From the NCBI GenBank assembly GCA_905178155.1, contig CAJINV010000010.1, positions 3,740,587 through 3,804,586 of the forward strand: a DNA stretch of 64,000 bases, given 5' to 3'. Below the pieces are notes generated by a model. It was not told where the DNA came from and did not search any database. It saw nothing but the letters and a program-made list of their open reading frames with translations. A program made the position numbers and the translations under genes. Source of the DNA: Amoebophrya sp. A120. Lineage: Eukaryota; Protista; Dinoflagellata. This document shows, piece after piece, positions 35,701 through 47,700 of the stretch. How positions within the stretch are numbered: position 1 is the stretch's first letter; each line of letters opens with the position of its first letter.

Positions 35701-38700
35701 AAATGTTTTGCGCCTGTTTTGTAGCGGATGAACTTTGTTTGAAGTTTGGCAGCCCAGCGATGACCTGTTTCTGATTCCACCCCGCGCGATCCTCTTAGAA
35801 ATGCCCTGAAGGCTGAGCTTTCCTAAATTTTCTCGGCACACAGGCAGTGTGATCTCAAAAATCAAGTCCGTAAGCGATCCCAGGTTCCGGCCTCCTCTGA
35901 AAATAAGCACGTCAGTGTCGTGGTGTGATATTGATTTCGTTTGATTCTTTTGCTTTTACCCACAGTCCGATGGCTAGCTAGTTAAAATCCCCTTGCGCAG
36001 TTCGAGTTTTGCAGTTACATAGATAGATATTTTTTGTTGGTGTCCATGCTCATCTTCAAGTAGATATTGGCTTTCGCTGCTTTCCTCCGGTTTGACCATG
36101 GAAGACGATAGTGAAGATGATGTTGCGCCAAATATGGGCGAAATTTCTGACGTCGCAGTCAGTGTGCGGGCGGCGCGCAGTTTGTGCCTAGCTGGTCGCG
36201 CATCGCGGGCTTTAAATGGGTTCGCGTTGAGGGTGGGGTGCGAGTTAGGCGGCCTGCAGCTGAGTAGTAACAACAGTCAGAAAGCAACTGCGGGTGCCTA
36301 CGCGGGAGCGAAGCCGGTGGACGACAGACAGGAGGACAGGCGCTTGGGGCATTATGTTGAAGATTTCCGCAGGACCATGTTTGTGGTCCTCCAAGCGTGC
36401 GAGTTCGAGATCTTGCGAGCGCGGTACAGTGATAGTGGTGGAACCCTTAAGCCTGTGAAAAACCTTGAGCCCCAACCACGTACTGCGTTCAATTTGCATG
36501 ATTAGGTCGCATCTCCCCCTCCCCGATAGTGAGCGCAGAGGTGCAGTTGGGCTCCAGGTTTTCCTTTCATAACGCTGTCCACGCACATCGAGTTCGACGG
36601 CACACCGCTGCGGGTCTTGGACGGCGCGCAGCACCTGATCAACACGGAGAGCTTGCTGGTGCAGCAGAACTTCACTTTTTTCCGCAAGGGGTCTCATGGC
36701 GTCGGTGGGCCCGCTGGCACCCCCGGCAGTGGGCGGCAGGTTTTTTCGATGTGGCTGATGACCAACATGGCCCGAATGGAGCATGGACACGAGGCATCGC
36801 AGGTCTACGCGGCTTTGCGGGAGCGAACTTGGCACGTTTCGGACGTGTCTCGACTGGCCATGGCCGACAAGCTTACCTACACCAACTACGTCTGCGACGG
36901 TGGCTGCGACAGCGTGGCCCGACACTATTATGCTTGAAGAAAATTGATCTGGTGGAAGTTTGTCATGCGTGCTGTGCATGACGTTCTTTTTTTTTTGTCA
37001 TGCGGACAAGAGCTACTCTGTACGTGAAGACGCATGATAAAATACGCATGACAAACTTTCCCCAGCGCAGTTTTTCCTTGCAGATAAATGTTTTCGAGCG
37101 GCACGACCATGTTGGTGGAGAGCTAGGGGGCCGGGAAGGGCAGAAGACGGCGATGCATGTGCTCCAGGACTTGTATGCCCGCCAGACTTGCGCGGTGCAT
37201 GCTTATCACAATAGTTTCCTCCATCCGTTCGGCGCTTACATCGGGACCGAAGATCGCAAGAAGGCAGCGGCGAGAATATGCAGGGCGTTGAGGCGTGGGA
37301 GAGGTGGAATTCTTGAGTCCCTTCCGAGTTGGGTTGCGTGCAACTTCATCGGTGGAGCAGATTATATGCATTTGAAATCGAGCAGCTACGACAGGCGCTT
37401 TTGCGCGTCAGCATTTCCCCCAGCTGAGAACAGCATGACAGCACGCACAAGCTCCTGTCGTAGCTGCTCGCTTTCAAATGCATCGCTGACGACCTGACCA
37501 ACAACCCGACGGAGCATGAGAAATACAAACAAATGGTGGAGATTCTCTTTCCAACCTCCAGCCTGACGCCTTCTTGCAGAGCAATCAAGACCGAAATGTT
37601 GCAGCTGCAGGTGCGCGCACTGGGAAGCGGTGTTTTGGTTGCCGCGGTCGACGATGAGGCGAGGGTGTGCGATTTCCTGGAGAGCGTCTGCTCCATAAGA
37701 GAACTGCAGTTGCAGAGATTCGCCACGCAGGTGAACACGTGCAAGCGGCTGGCGCTCTTGAATGTGGTCAACATCGTGCCGGGGGCAGCGCAGCACACCC
37801 TGAACAACAGCAAACGAACTTACCACCTCTCCGGAATCCATCAGGCCCACCTGCCGCTTTCGGAGTTTCTGCAATTTGCCTGGCTGGCAGCGGCAATGGA
37901 CCACTTCGACCGGGGTTGCGCGAACCTCATGGGGCCACTGGGAACAATTGATGGGCTGGCGCAGTTAAAGCAAAAATTGGCAGTCGAGCACAATGACTTC
38001 CGGGCAAAGAAGTTGCGAAGTTTTTTCTTCCCCTACGCTGTGCAGGTCGGGGTCGATGCCGGTTGTCTTGCCCAGCGGGCAACTGATGCTGCGGAGTCGA
38101 CAATGGCGATGCTGCAGATCAACCTATTCAGCAGGCTGGACGTCTTTCCCTTCGTTGCCATCCGGGGCGGCCGCAGCGCAGAGCAGGTGCGTGACTTGAT
38201 AAGCAGAACGGACGACGAACTTCTCGACACCGGATTCAGCCAAAAAATCAAAGCACTTCATGAGGCGGGGCGCCTGGACAGTGGCAGCGTGTTGACTTCG
38301 CTCGAAGATGTTTTGCAGCTTGCGCGGCTGCACCGGATCCACACAATGAAGACGGAGCGCGCGCACAACCACGGCGCAGCTTTGGCAAGGCGATTCCGAT
38401 TGGGACACAGCGAGGTGAACGCCCTCGCCAATCTGCAGCTCTACAAACAGCATAATGGCCTGTCGGGAGTACCACTGGAGCCGCCGCCGGACTTTCCTTT
38501 GCGTACTTTGGAAGAAGTGCGGGAGAGCGTACTAGCAACGAAGGCCTGCTCTCAGGTTCGGGCAAACACTGTCGGTTTTGATGGCGATGGAGTAGGCAAG
38601 GCGACGGGGTTCCGAGCTGGTCAGGACAATGCGAAAAGGCGGACTGCGCAGTATCGCGACAGACCCGAGGAGGAGAAGATAGTGGCGGCGTTGCGGGTGC

Positions 38701-41700
38701 ACGAAATCCGAGAAGGGAAAGTCGCAAAACATGTCGAGGCGTATTTGGATGGCCTGCGGCAGCACAGCAAAGCGGAGGAGAGTTTCCTTCTTGGGCGGAC
38801 GACAATCACGGACCGGAACTCGGACAACATCGACAAGCGCATTTTCGACGGCGACATTGCAGCAAAAGCGAAAGCCCTTGGCCGGAACGAGGTCCGGCGG
38901 ATTCTGAAGGAAAAAATCGCCGAGCCTGCCCCCCTCGACTTTCAGTTGCACAAAAACCTCTGGGACGATGTTCAGCCCTATTTCTTCCCGGACCTGACGC
39001 CGCGAATTCATCCGCAGGTCGCCGAGCTGATTCGGAGGGGGAAGGGCGAGACTGGATTTCAGCGCACCTCCGGCCCCATCCTGCTCGCCCGGATCCAGAG
39101 CGAAGGCGCATCCGGAAAGCTTCCGACGCCGCGGCTGGATCTGTTTTTGGCAACCGCCCGGAAGTACAGTCCCTACACACTTGCCGGGTTTCGCCTCGAG
39201 ATCCTCAATACCGGCCAGCAGCCGGGGAAGCAGACCTGGGTAAAGACGACCGAGTACTTGGAGTTGGGCGCGCAGCGTAGTAGGGAGGAAGACAGCCACT
39301 ACACGTACTACACAGTGCCGCAGTACGAGGACCGGGGGGACCGTCTAGAAGTCGCCTGCCGCCTTTCACCGACCAGAACGCACGACCTCATCAAAGTTGC
39401 CGCGCTTTCCGGTATTGACCGGCCAGAAGAACTCGCCGCGCCGCCTGCGCCGAAGCGGCGGAAGGTGGAGAGCGATAACGCGATAAAGGAGAACAAAGAC
39501 CGCGAGGTGCCGAGGCTCTTGCCCGTGTTGAGCGCGGACCAGGTGCAGCAGGCCAGGGACACGATGAGAGAGGTGCGCGCACGAGCGTCAACTTTGGGGC
39601 ATTGGTCAATTTTTCCGCGTGGCGGGGTGTATGTGATGGAGCGACGGGGGATAGCAAACAACACTTGGAAGATCAGCGCTTCCGACCCATCCACGGTGCA
39701 GAAGCTCAAACGCCTCGGCCTGCCGAACACGAGGCAGGCAGCGGTGAAAGCCTGGGGCGGGGAGGCGCAGTCCGTTCGTTTTCTGGAGTGTGTGCGGGAC
39801 GCGATGAAATTCCTGGTCGAGGCAGGATGCGTCGGCAGCGCCGGGGACGACCTGTTGAGCATCGCCATGCAGGGGGAGTTTCAGGAGCGCGGCCTTCTGG
39901 AGCGGCTCGAGGCGGAGGAGGAACACCTGCGGGGTCGGCAGGAGCTCGATGCATATGGGCGTGGGACTTTGCTTGCTCGTATCAAAGAATTAGGCACAAA
40001 AGGTCGCTTCACTGATGAAGCGACGGAACAAGACGATGAGGATTTGATTATGGATGAAGAAGATGATCTTTTAGCAGAAGACTAGTGGCACAGCTTTCGC
40101 ATGTTTTCCAAATCTGCACGAAAAGCAAAAAGAAAAGCACAAACGGCGCGCAAGGCAGAAGCACGCGAGTCAGCATATTCACTGTCACTCCTGGAACATG
40201 AGAATTGCTGCAGATGATCTGGTTTCCATGTTGAGCACGAAGATGTAATTTCCATGCCGGACGACCTTGATCTGTGAACTGTGTCAGAAGTCTTCGTAGA
40301 GGTTTACTGAGCTTGAAGTTCTGGGTCCGCAGCGCGTTGCATTCCGTTGCATTTTGTCTCACTAACACTAGACGCATTTGACACGGATGGTCCACCGTTA
40401 TTGTTTCTTGTACGGTTTCGGAAATGCTACTGCGCATGACAAATCAATGCAAAACACATCAGGGAAGTCTTGCTTTGGAGCAGTTTGACTTGGTAGCTGT
40501 AAAGGTTTCGCATTTTTGCCCGGGGTAGCGTAGAGCCGTTTATCTCAGTAGCAGTCGCTGGCAAGTTTCAAAGTATCTTCTCATGCACTTCTCGATTTAG
40601 ATTGTTTTCAGAACGTCTTGAGCTACAAGTACATCTGTGGCATAGTGAAGTAGACACTGTAAACGTAAAACGCACAACATTTGCACACGAGGTCGTGCAA
40701 GGAGAAAAAAGCCTTTCAGCGGGACAGAGTCTTTGCGCAGATTCTCCGACAACCAGAAGTCGCCTTCCGTGGCAGCCCCGAGGGAACCTGTAGTGGTTTC
40801 ACTAGTCATGCCTCCGAGAAAGGCCAAAGCTAAAGCGCCGGGCCCGTCGGCGAGAATCCCGGTCGCCAAGAATCAACATGTTGTTGCCAAAGCTGCAGGA
40901 AAAGCAAAAGCTGTAAGATTTTTCGGTTTTTCTTGGCCTGATCCCAGGGGGAAGGGCATTGCGCCGAGAAGCGCGACGGCTTGTCCAGGGGGCCTTCTCC
41001 CCCGGCCCGCTTGGCGAGTTGAGGGGGGATCAGGGAGCGGCGTTACCCTCCTCTGGCTCGCGCAGTGACTTCTGCGCGGCCCGGGAGGTTTTGTTATTTC
41101 GGCGGCTATTTTGCGCATTTTTCAAAATAAAGGGAAAACGCATTGGGTTTTCGGATTTTCCAAAGTTTGCGATAGGGCCGCGAAAATAGACAGTTTTTCG
41201 GAAAGGAAAAAAAGCAGAAAAATAGACAAAAAATTAAACGGGGAAAATAGACAGGAAATTAGCAACAAAATTAGACAAAAAATTAGCACAAAAACTGCCC
41301 AGGTGCGCCCGGCTGAAAATTGTTCCGAAGGGGCGGCATTTGGCCGCCCCCGACCGCCCCCCGCCAGGGCAGCGGCCAATCCTGCTCGAGGAGCGCCTCT
41401 GCGTGCTTTCCCGAGCCACGAGCCCGAGGGGATCCAGGCCTTGGGTGGCGAGTTGGCGGCCTTCGTGCCGTCGTGCTTCGTGCGAGGCTTGTGCCAGCTA
41501 CCGAAAGACCGGCGCGGGCAAGGGGTGTCAGCATTGCGATGCCCCACCCCAAGCTACCTCGCCCGGGTTCGCCTCGGAAAACCCCGAATGGCGTTCCGCA
41601 CAGAAATGCCGCTGCGCATGACAGACGGCGCAGCACGCGCCAGCCCCGCCCCGGGTCCGCCTTCGGGTTCTTTTTTGGCCGCGCCCGTGCGCCGCCGCCT

Positions 41701-44700
41701 GGGGGACGGGGGGAAAGGGCCGCGGCCTCCTGTGTCGTTGATTGCCCGCGGGCAATCAGCGAGTGCGCGCGGCCTTCGTTTGCATGCAGTGGCCACGGGT
41801 CCGGGCGGCCGGGGGCATGTTGCCACCCGGGTGCCGCGCCGAGGCTGGCAGCGCAAGAGGCCTGGGCCCGCGTTGACGTGTCCCGCGTCCCGGGGCGGGC
41901 TTGCCGCGGCCTTTTGTTTTCTCGCTTGGTTCTGCAGTGGCCTGCGGCCGAAATTAAAATTTGAAAATTGCCCCGGGTTTCGGGGGTAACTCCGCCCTGC
42001 GCGAAACATCCGAAGTGCATTGCCTCTGGCCGCCACGGGGAAGGGTTGATTCCTACCCGGGGCGACGCGCTTCTCGGGCGTTCTTGGGGGATCGGGCCTT
42101 TCTCGCTTTTGCTTTTGCTGCCCTGTGTGCAGAGTAGTAAACCAGCAAACAGTAGCATTGCAAGCACACACCCAGAGTAGTCATCTTGCCAAACGCGTAA
42201 TAAACCCGCAACAACAGAAGGCCGCAACGTCTTCCACTACAGCGGCAGCAGTGCCGGTGCGGCAACGGAGCCGCACCGATAAGAAAATCCCCTCCGACAC
42301 GAAGAAGCTGCACGACGAGGCTTGGCGGAAGTTGCAGCGGAAGAACTACGACCTGGAGTGGAGTTTCGACAGTGATCGCTTTAAGATCGTAACGTGCAAG
42401 AAAACCTACAAAAACATGGTGGAGCTCCTCGCGCAGGGCATGAAAGACAAAAAAGACGCCATGGTCCAAGGGCAGGGGAACCAGGGGAATGCTGTTACGA
42501 CCTTGGCGCTGCACATCGACCGAGAAGTTTGGGCCAACATCCGCGAATGCATGCAGGAAGACCGGGACAAGCAAAACGCGATGAAGACGGGAACTACTGT
42601 TCTGGACAAAAAACCAGTCCGCGACGAAATTGCGGACTGCATGATGGAGAGCACCGTCGGGGATATCTTCGAGAAGTATTCGGAATTTGCTTGCAAGCAC
42701 GCCGAGCAGCTGCTGAAGCTGCCGCGTGTGACCGGCGATAAGGACGTGGATGATGTTTTGAAACTGCAGGCGAAGATCGACGAAAATTCGATGGTGGTTG
42801 CTTCTCCCGGCGGAATTTTTCTTAGCCCGCACCAGTCGGCTACTGGCATCACGTCTTCATCCAGTAGCTCCAGCATGCAGCAGCACCCCCGCGTCAAGAT
42901 TGAAGACCCTGACTCCATCGAGAATGATTTTGAAATGATGGGCCAAGACGACTACTACGACGACGACCTTTACGACACCGACGGGAGTCTGCGGCCCGGG
43001 GTTCCGGTCCACCCCAAGGGCAACGTCGTGCCGTTCGAAGCCGGGATTATTGACGAGGATGACGACACGCTGATGGACATCAACATTTCCGCGACCCCGC
43101 CTACCGCAGGGGCCTTATCTCGCATTTCTGCGAAGCGTGGCCCGGGATTGTTTTCCAAGTCGTCGTCGTTCCCCACCTCCACGGCGACCGGCAACACGCA
43201 GAAGCAAAGTTTCTCGGCGGAGACGCTGTTGGCCACCCCGGGATCCAAAGCTGGACGAAACCCCCCTCCTGTGCCGAAAAGCGAAAGCACCAACCCCAAG
43301 ACTCCGGATATCCATGCGAATGCTTGATCATCAGGCCCACTTTTGCGATGTTCATTCTTTTTGCATGACAGATTTGACAAGTCCGAGTAGCTTCGCAAAA
43401 GTGCCTGCGATCACGTCCTTCGGGTTCTATACTCTACGTGGTCCGGGGAAGTGATTTCCTGTCGAAGCTCAAGGCCATGGCGAAGACTCCGGCACAGGGG
43501 CAGGCCGAAAAAAGCATGGTCGTTGAGGCCGATGTCAATCCCGATACTTTTCCGTTTTTGCACAAGGGCGAGGTGGGCGATGATAAAAACGGAATTTACG
43601 GCCATATGATCCGCAGTCCGGGCAAGATCACTGAGCAACTTTGGTCGTACGGGGCGAAGATGGTGGCCGCAGCGAAAGGTAATTTGTTTCGCAGCAGACC
43701 GCTCCGTATCAGTGATGCCATTTCCAAGGCGCATAGCACTAAGCAAATTAAATCTGTTGAGACCGACCTTCGCGAAGAGAAACGCGCGACATTATTTCAA
43801 CGCTTCGCATGACAGATTTCGACTTGAACTTCCAAAATGTGTGGCTTCGCTCATCTCTCCACCATCGAAATTCAGGTCGTGCTCCGGATATGCAGGGTTA
43901 CAACCACTTTGCGAAGGGAATGAGCGCGGCGGTCCTACCCTATGTGAAGCAGCACAAGATGAGCATTTCGGAGATCCTTGACCAGTATTTTTTTCGTAAT
44001 CGCCTCGATATGCCTATGGGAGTGCAATCTTGAAGGCCGGGCGTGCCGTCATATTTTTTGCATATTTGAGCCCCTGCTTCGGGAATGTTACATATGATGA
44101 CGTGGCGGAGTCTCTTTTGCATTTGTGACATTTCATCGCATCCCCACCTACACTCGAATAACAGATTCCACGAAGTATTCCTGGCTACCGCTCCCAATGC
44201 TGCGGAAATCACCAAGGTGCTCATGGACCTGTTTTTGGAGCTTAAGGAGGAGGACCCGTCCCTCGTCCTCAAGACAACCGACCTGCTGCCACACCTCCGG
44301 TCGGAGCATATATCAGTTGGAAACTGGGGGTGATTGTGTGAGCTCTTTCATGCATTTTGTGCAGCTGGGGCCTGGCGCTGCAAGACAAAAAGCATGAGAG
44401 GCGCACTCTCATCTTCCTGTTTGAAAATCATACAGCCTCGTGAAGATTGCGGCCGCGAGCAAGAAAAAACTCGAGTTCGAAACTGTCCTGGACAGCGTGG
44501 TGACGATGGCGAGTGGGAAAGGGGACAGGTTCGAGATTATGGAAAAGGTGAATGTGGCTTTCAACAATTCGCACAAGTTTATGCGGATCAATTTCGACAC
44601 GCTGAAGGAACAGCTCAACACGATCCCCGCGGCCGACCGTTTGAAGCTGTCCTACTACACGGCTTTTTACGAGAATTGCAAAAGATTTCGAGTGGTGCCG

Positions 44701-47700
44701 ACCAACTTCTTCTACAAAAAATATGTTTTGCGGGATACCGAGGTGGAACTGCCAGTATATGCATTGGAAAAACGAAATCTTTGGGAGTTTGTCATGCGTG
44801 TTTTCGTTGTGATGCGCTTTGATCCGCAGGCTGTCATGCAGGGTTTGCAAGTCTTCGTAGACTCCTTGCACAAACGCCATGACAAACTCCTCCGGGTTTC
44901 GTTTTTCATCGCATATTGGTGACGACCATGGCATCGACTGCTTGAAGAACTTGATTTCCAAAATGACCAAGTGGGACACTTCTCTTTCCAATTCCGGCAG
45001 CTCCTTCGACGTGTATAGACTATGTTTTTGCCTCTGGTTTTAGTAGTGCGCATGTCTGCCTGTGGAGTTGGCTTCATTCCTCGATGTTGAGATGATTTGC
45101 ATGCAGAAGGACCGCCTATTTTGCGCGCAACAGGGCAGGCTCTGTTGCTTGTTTTCCAAATGTCAGTGTGCACGCGCCCCCATCTTGGATGGGAGGCGGG
45201 GCGGCATCACGTTGCTTGAAATGCATTTCAACAACTGACCAGGTTCACCTTCGCCAAGAAGATGGAGCGCGCGCACAATTCCCTGCAGGACGACATCGAC
45301 CACGCGAACGCGGAATTGCAGAAGAAAAACGACTTTCTCTACGCACTTCTGGAGTCGGCCGATGTGCAGGCGGTCGAGGACATGTGGACGGAGGGTGGCG
45401 ACTACGACGAGACCCGGAAGGAGTTTCTCGATTTTGTCAAATCTAACGATTATTCGGATATGCGGTCCCAGTTTCAGTACGGAATGGACGGGTCGCCCAT
45501 CAAGAACTACATCAACAACATGATCAAGGACTCCGAAACTCTGAAAACCGAGGAAGAAGCGAAGGCGGCGTTGCAGCTGCTGCAGAAAATGAAGGATCAG
45601 GACACCCTCGATAACAGTACTTCTTTTTGCTTTTGTACCTAGCGTGTCGCCTACCCTTTTAGCTACGCAGCACTTGTTTCGCATGACAAACTGCCACTTG
45701 CTTCGTTTCCTACCTTGCGTTGTCATCGCAATTCCCAATATCAAAATGCATCACAGGCAACGACATGGTGAAAAAAACGATTTCGGATCTGAAGCGAATG
45801 CACTTCCTCCTCCCGGCGGCGGAGCGGGCGAAGTTTCAGGCCTTGGACGAGCATTGCGCAGCGACGGCGGCGGAGAAGGCCCTGGAGGCCAGGCGCAGGA
45901 AAGGTCGTGGAAAGCTTGGAGCCTTGTGACGGTCTTCTGCGAACGAACTAGACAAGAACTTTTACTAACATTTGAACGCGATCAAATACACGATGCGAAA
46001 AACTGATGGACTGTGACCGAACCGATGGACAGCGATTGGCCGGACACTGCGAAACTTTCTCTGACTTCAAAATGAACTGCGCAAGGGGATTTTAACGAAA
46101 GTAGCTAGATTTTGCCCGTCCTGTGACCGGCTTCGAAGTACCTGTTCGCGCTTGGTCATGTTGTGGCGTTTTTCGTGAGCGGTATGGTGATGCTTCCATT
46201 GGTCCGAGCGAGCTTCGTGCACGAGAGAGAGTTGCAGCCTGCGTGCGACTGCAGGCGGCGTGCCAGCATCTGAGGCAAACCCGGGCCTGCGGCGTTTTGG
46301 CCATTTCTTGCCCTTTCCATTTTTTCGCACGTGCTTGCTTCCGGGCTTCTTCGCAGTCGTTTCCTGTTTCGTGGGCCGCCGCTTCTTTTTGCTGTCTATT
46401 TTTTGTCTAATTTGGGTGCATTGGCTTGTCTAATTTCCGGGCTGGGGGTGTCTATTTTCTTTCTATTTTTTGTCTAATTTGGCTGGGGCGATTTTCATGT
46501 GCGATTTCCCTATGTATTGAAAACACCCCGAAAAAATAGGCGAAAAATAGGCATTGTGGGTGGGGGCGCAGGGGCGGTGAGGTGCCTCCGCCCGCGCTTT
46601 CTCTGGGCCGGGCTTGGCCCGGCGCGCACTGGCTTGGGCCGAATCAGAATTAACCTCGATTCAGGCAGTCGCCCGCAAGGGGTGGCGCCCAGCGAGAGAC
46701 CCGAGATGAAGACGCTATCGTAGCCCTGCAAGAGGAAATCCGCAAAGCGCGGGAGGAGGAAGAATCAGGGGAACCGCTCGCGAAAGTCACCCACGACCAC
46801 TACATCCGGACTTGCAGCGAGGAACTCTCCAAAGAAACGACGCATCGTCTGGCCGTTTCAGCATCACACATCCTCGCGACGCACCAACCCGGCGAACCAC
46901 AGCCAGTTTTGAAGGGCTGCGTCGCGAAGTGGACCATGGGCCCGAACGAGGAAGCTGCAGCTGCCCGTCCGATTGAGCTTAACCGCTACAACGAAATCGC
47001 CATGGATTACCACGTGGAGGAAGCAATTCGAACCGACAAGGACGAACCTTACGGCTGGCAGCAAATCAATGGTCCTGCGGGACCGCCGCGCATCATCTCC
47101 CCTGGGTTTCTTGTGAAACACGTGAAGAAGGACAAAACCACAGGGAAAATGAAGCCAGTCCGCCGCAAGCGCATCGCGATCAATTACCAGCTGCACAATG
47201 TAAAGACCAGGGGCTGTGCGTGGGTTCCAGTGCAAAATACAAACCTCTTCTACAAAAGCCGGAAGCTCAAACTCGTGCGCGACGCGTACTTCGGCTTCAG
47301 CACGTTGCGAGTCAGCTCTAAAACGTCGGCGCTCGCTGCGTGGTCAACAGGACTACGAAAACGTCCTGTCATGCGACCAAAACGATGCGGGCTCGGACCG
47401 AAGCAAAATCCGAATAACTTCTCCATGCGAAGCGAAACAGCGTTCGGGTGGCAGCAAAATGCGAAAGGAGAATATAACACCCACGCGTTCATGGACGATG
47501 TGAAAAACAGCGGCGACGATATTCAAACCGAAGTCGCGGGAGCAGTCTTTGCATCAAAAGAAAATGACCACTACCCGGCGCTGCTGTGCGACAGGGAAGA
47601 TTGGGAAATCGATTCCGAGCCGGACGCCGAGTCAGAAGAAGAAGCCGTGGACTCCGGGCTTCCGCTGGATCCGAAAATGCACGCGAAATTCCGCCAGGAA

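Larger units (their letters stand above)
35568..46696 (+). mobile_element. 11.1-kb multi-gene DNA transposon nested in pol
   Basis: Imperfect 23-bp TIR CTCGC-N5-GCCACCCCTTGCG; TSD AGAC (or GAGACC if the TIR starts 1 nt later); excision restores the pol ORF exactly. Confidence 0.9.

Noticed and set aside
36098-40085. Nested transposase as the mobiliser of the introners
   Set aside because: Its element has CTCGC ends and a 4- or 6-bp TSD, unlike TAT ends with a 5-bp TSD; nothing in this window supports the link.
41111-42227. Overlapping 200-314-aa ORFs on both strands
   Set aside because: GC-rich inverted-repeat region, probably intronic; Arg/Pro/Gly-rich shadow translations.
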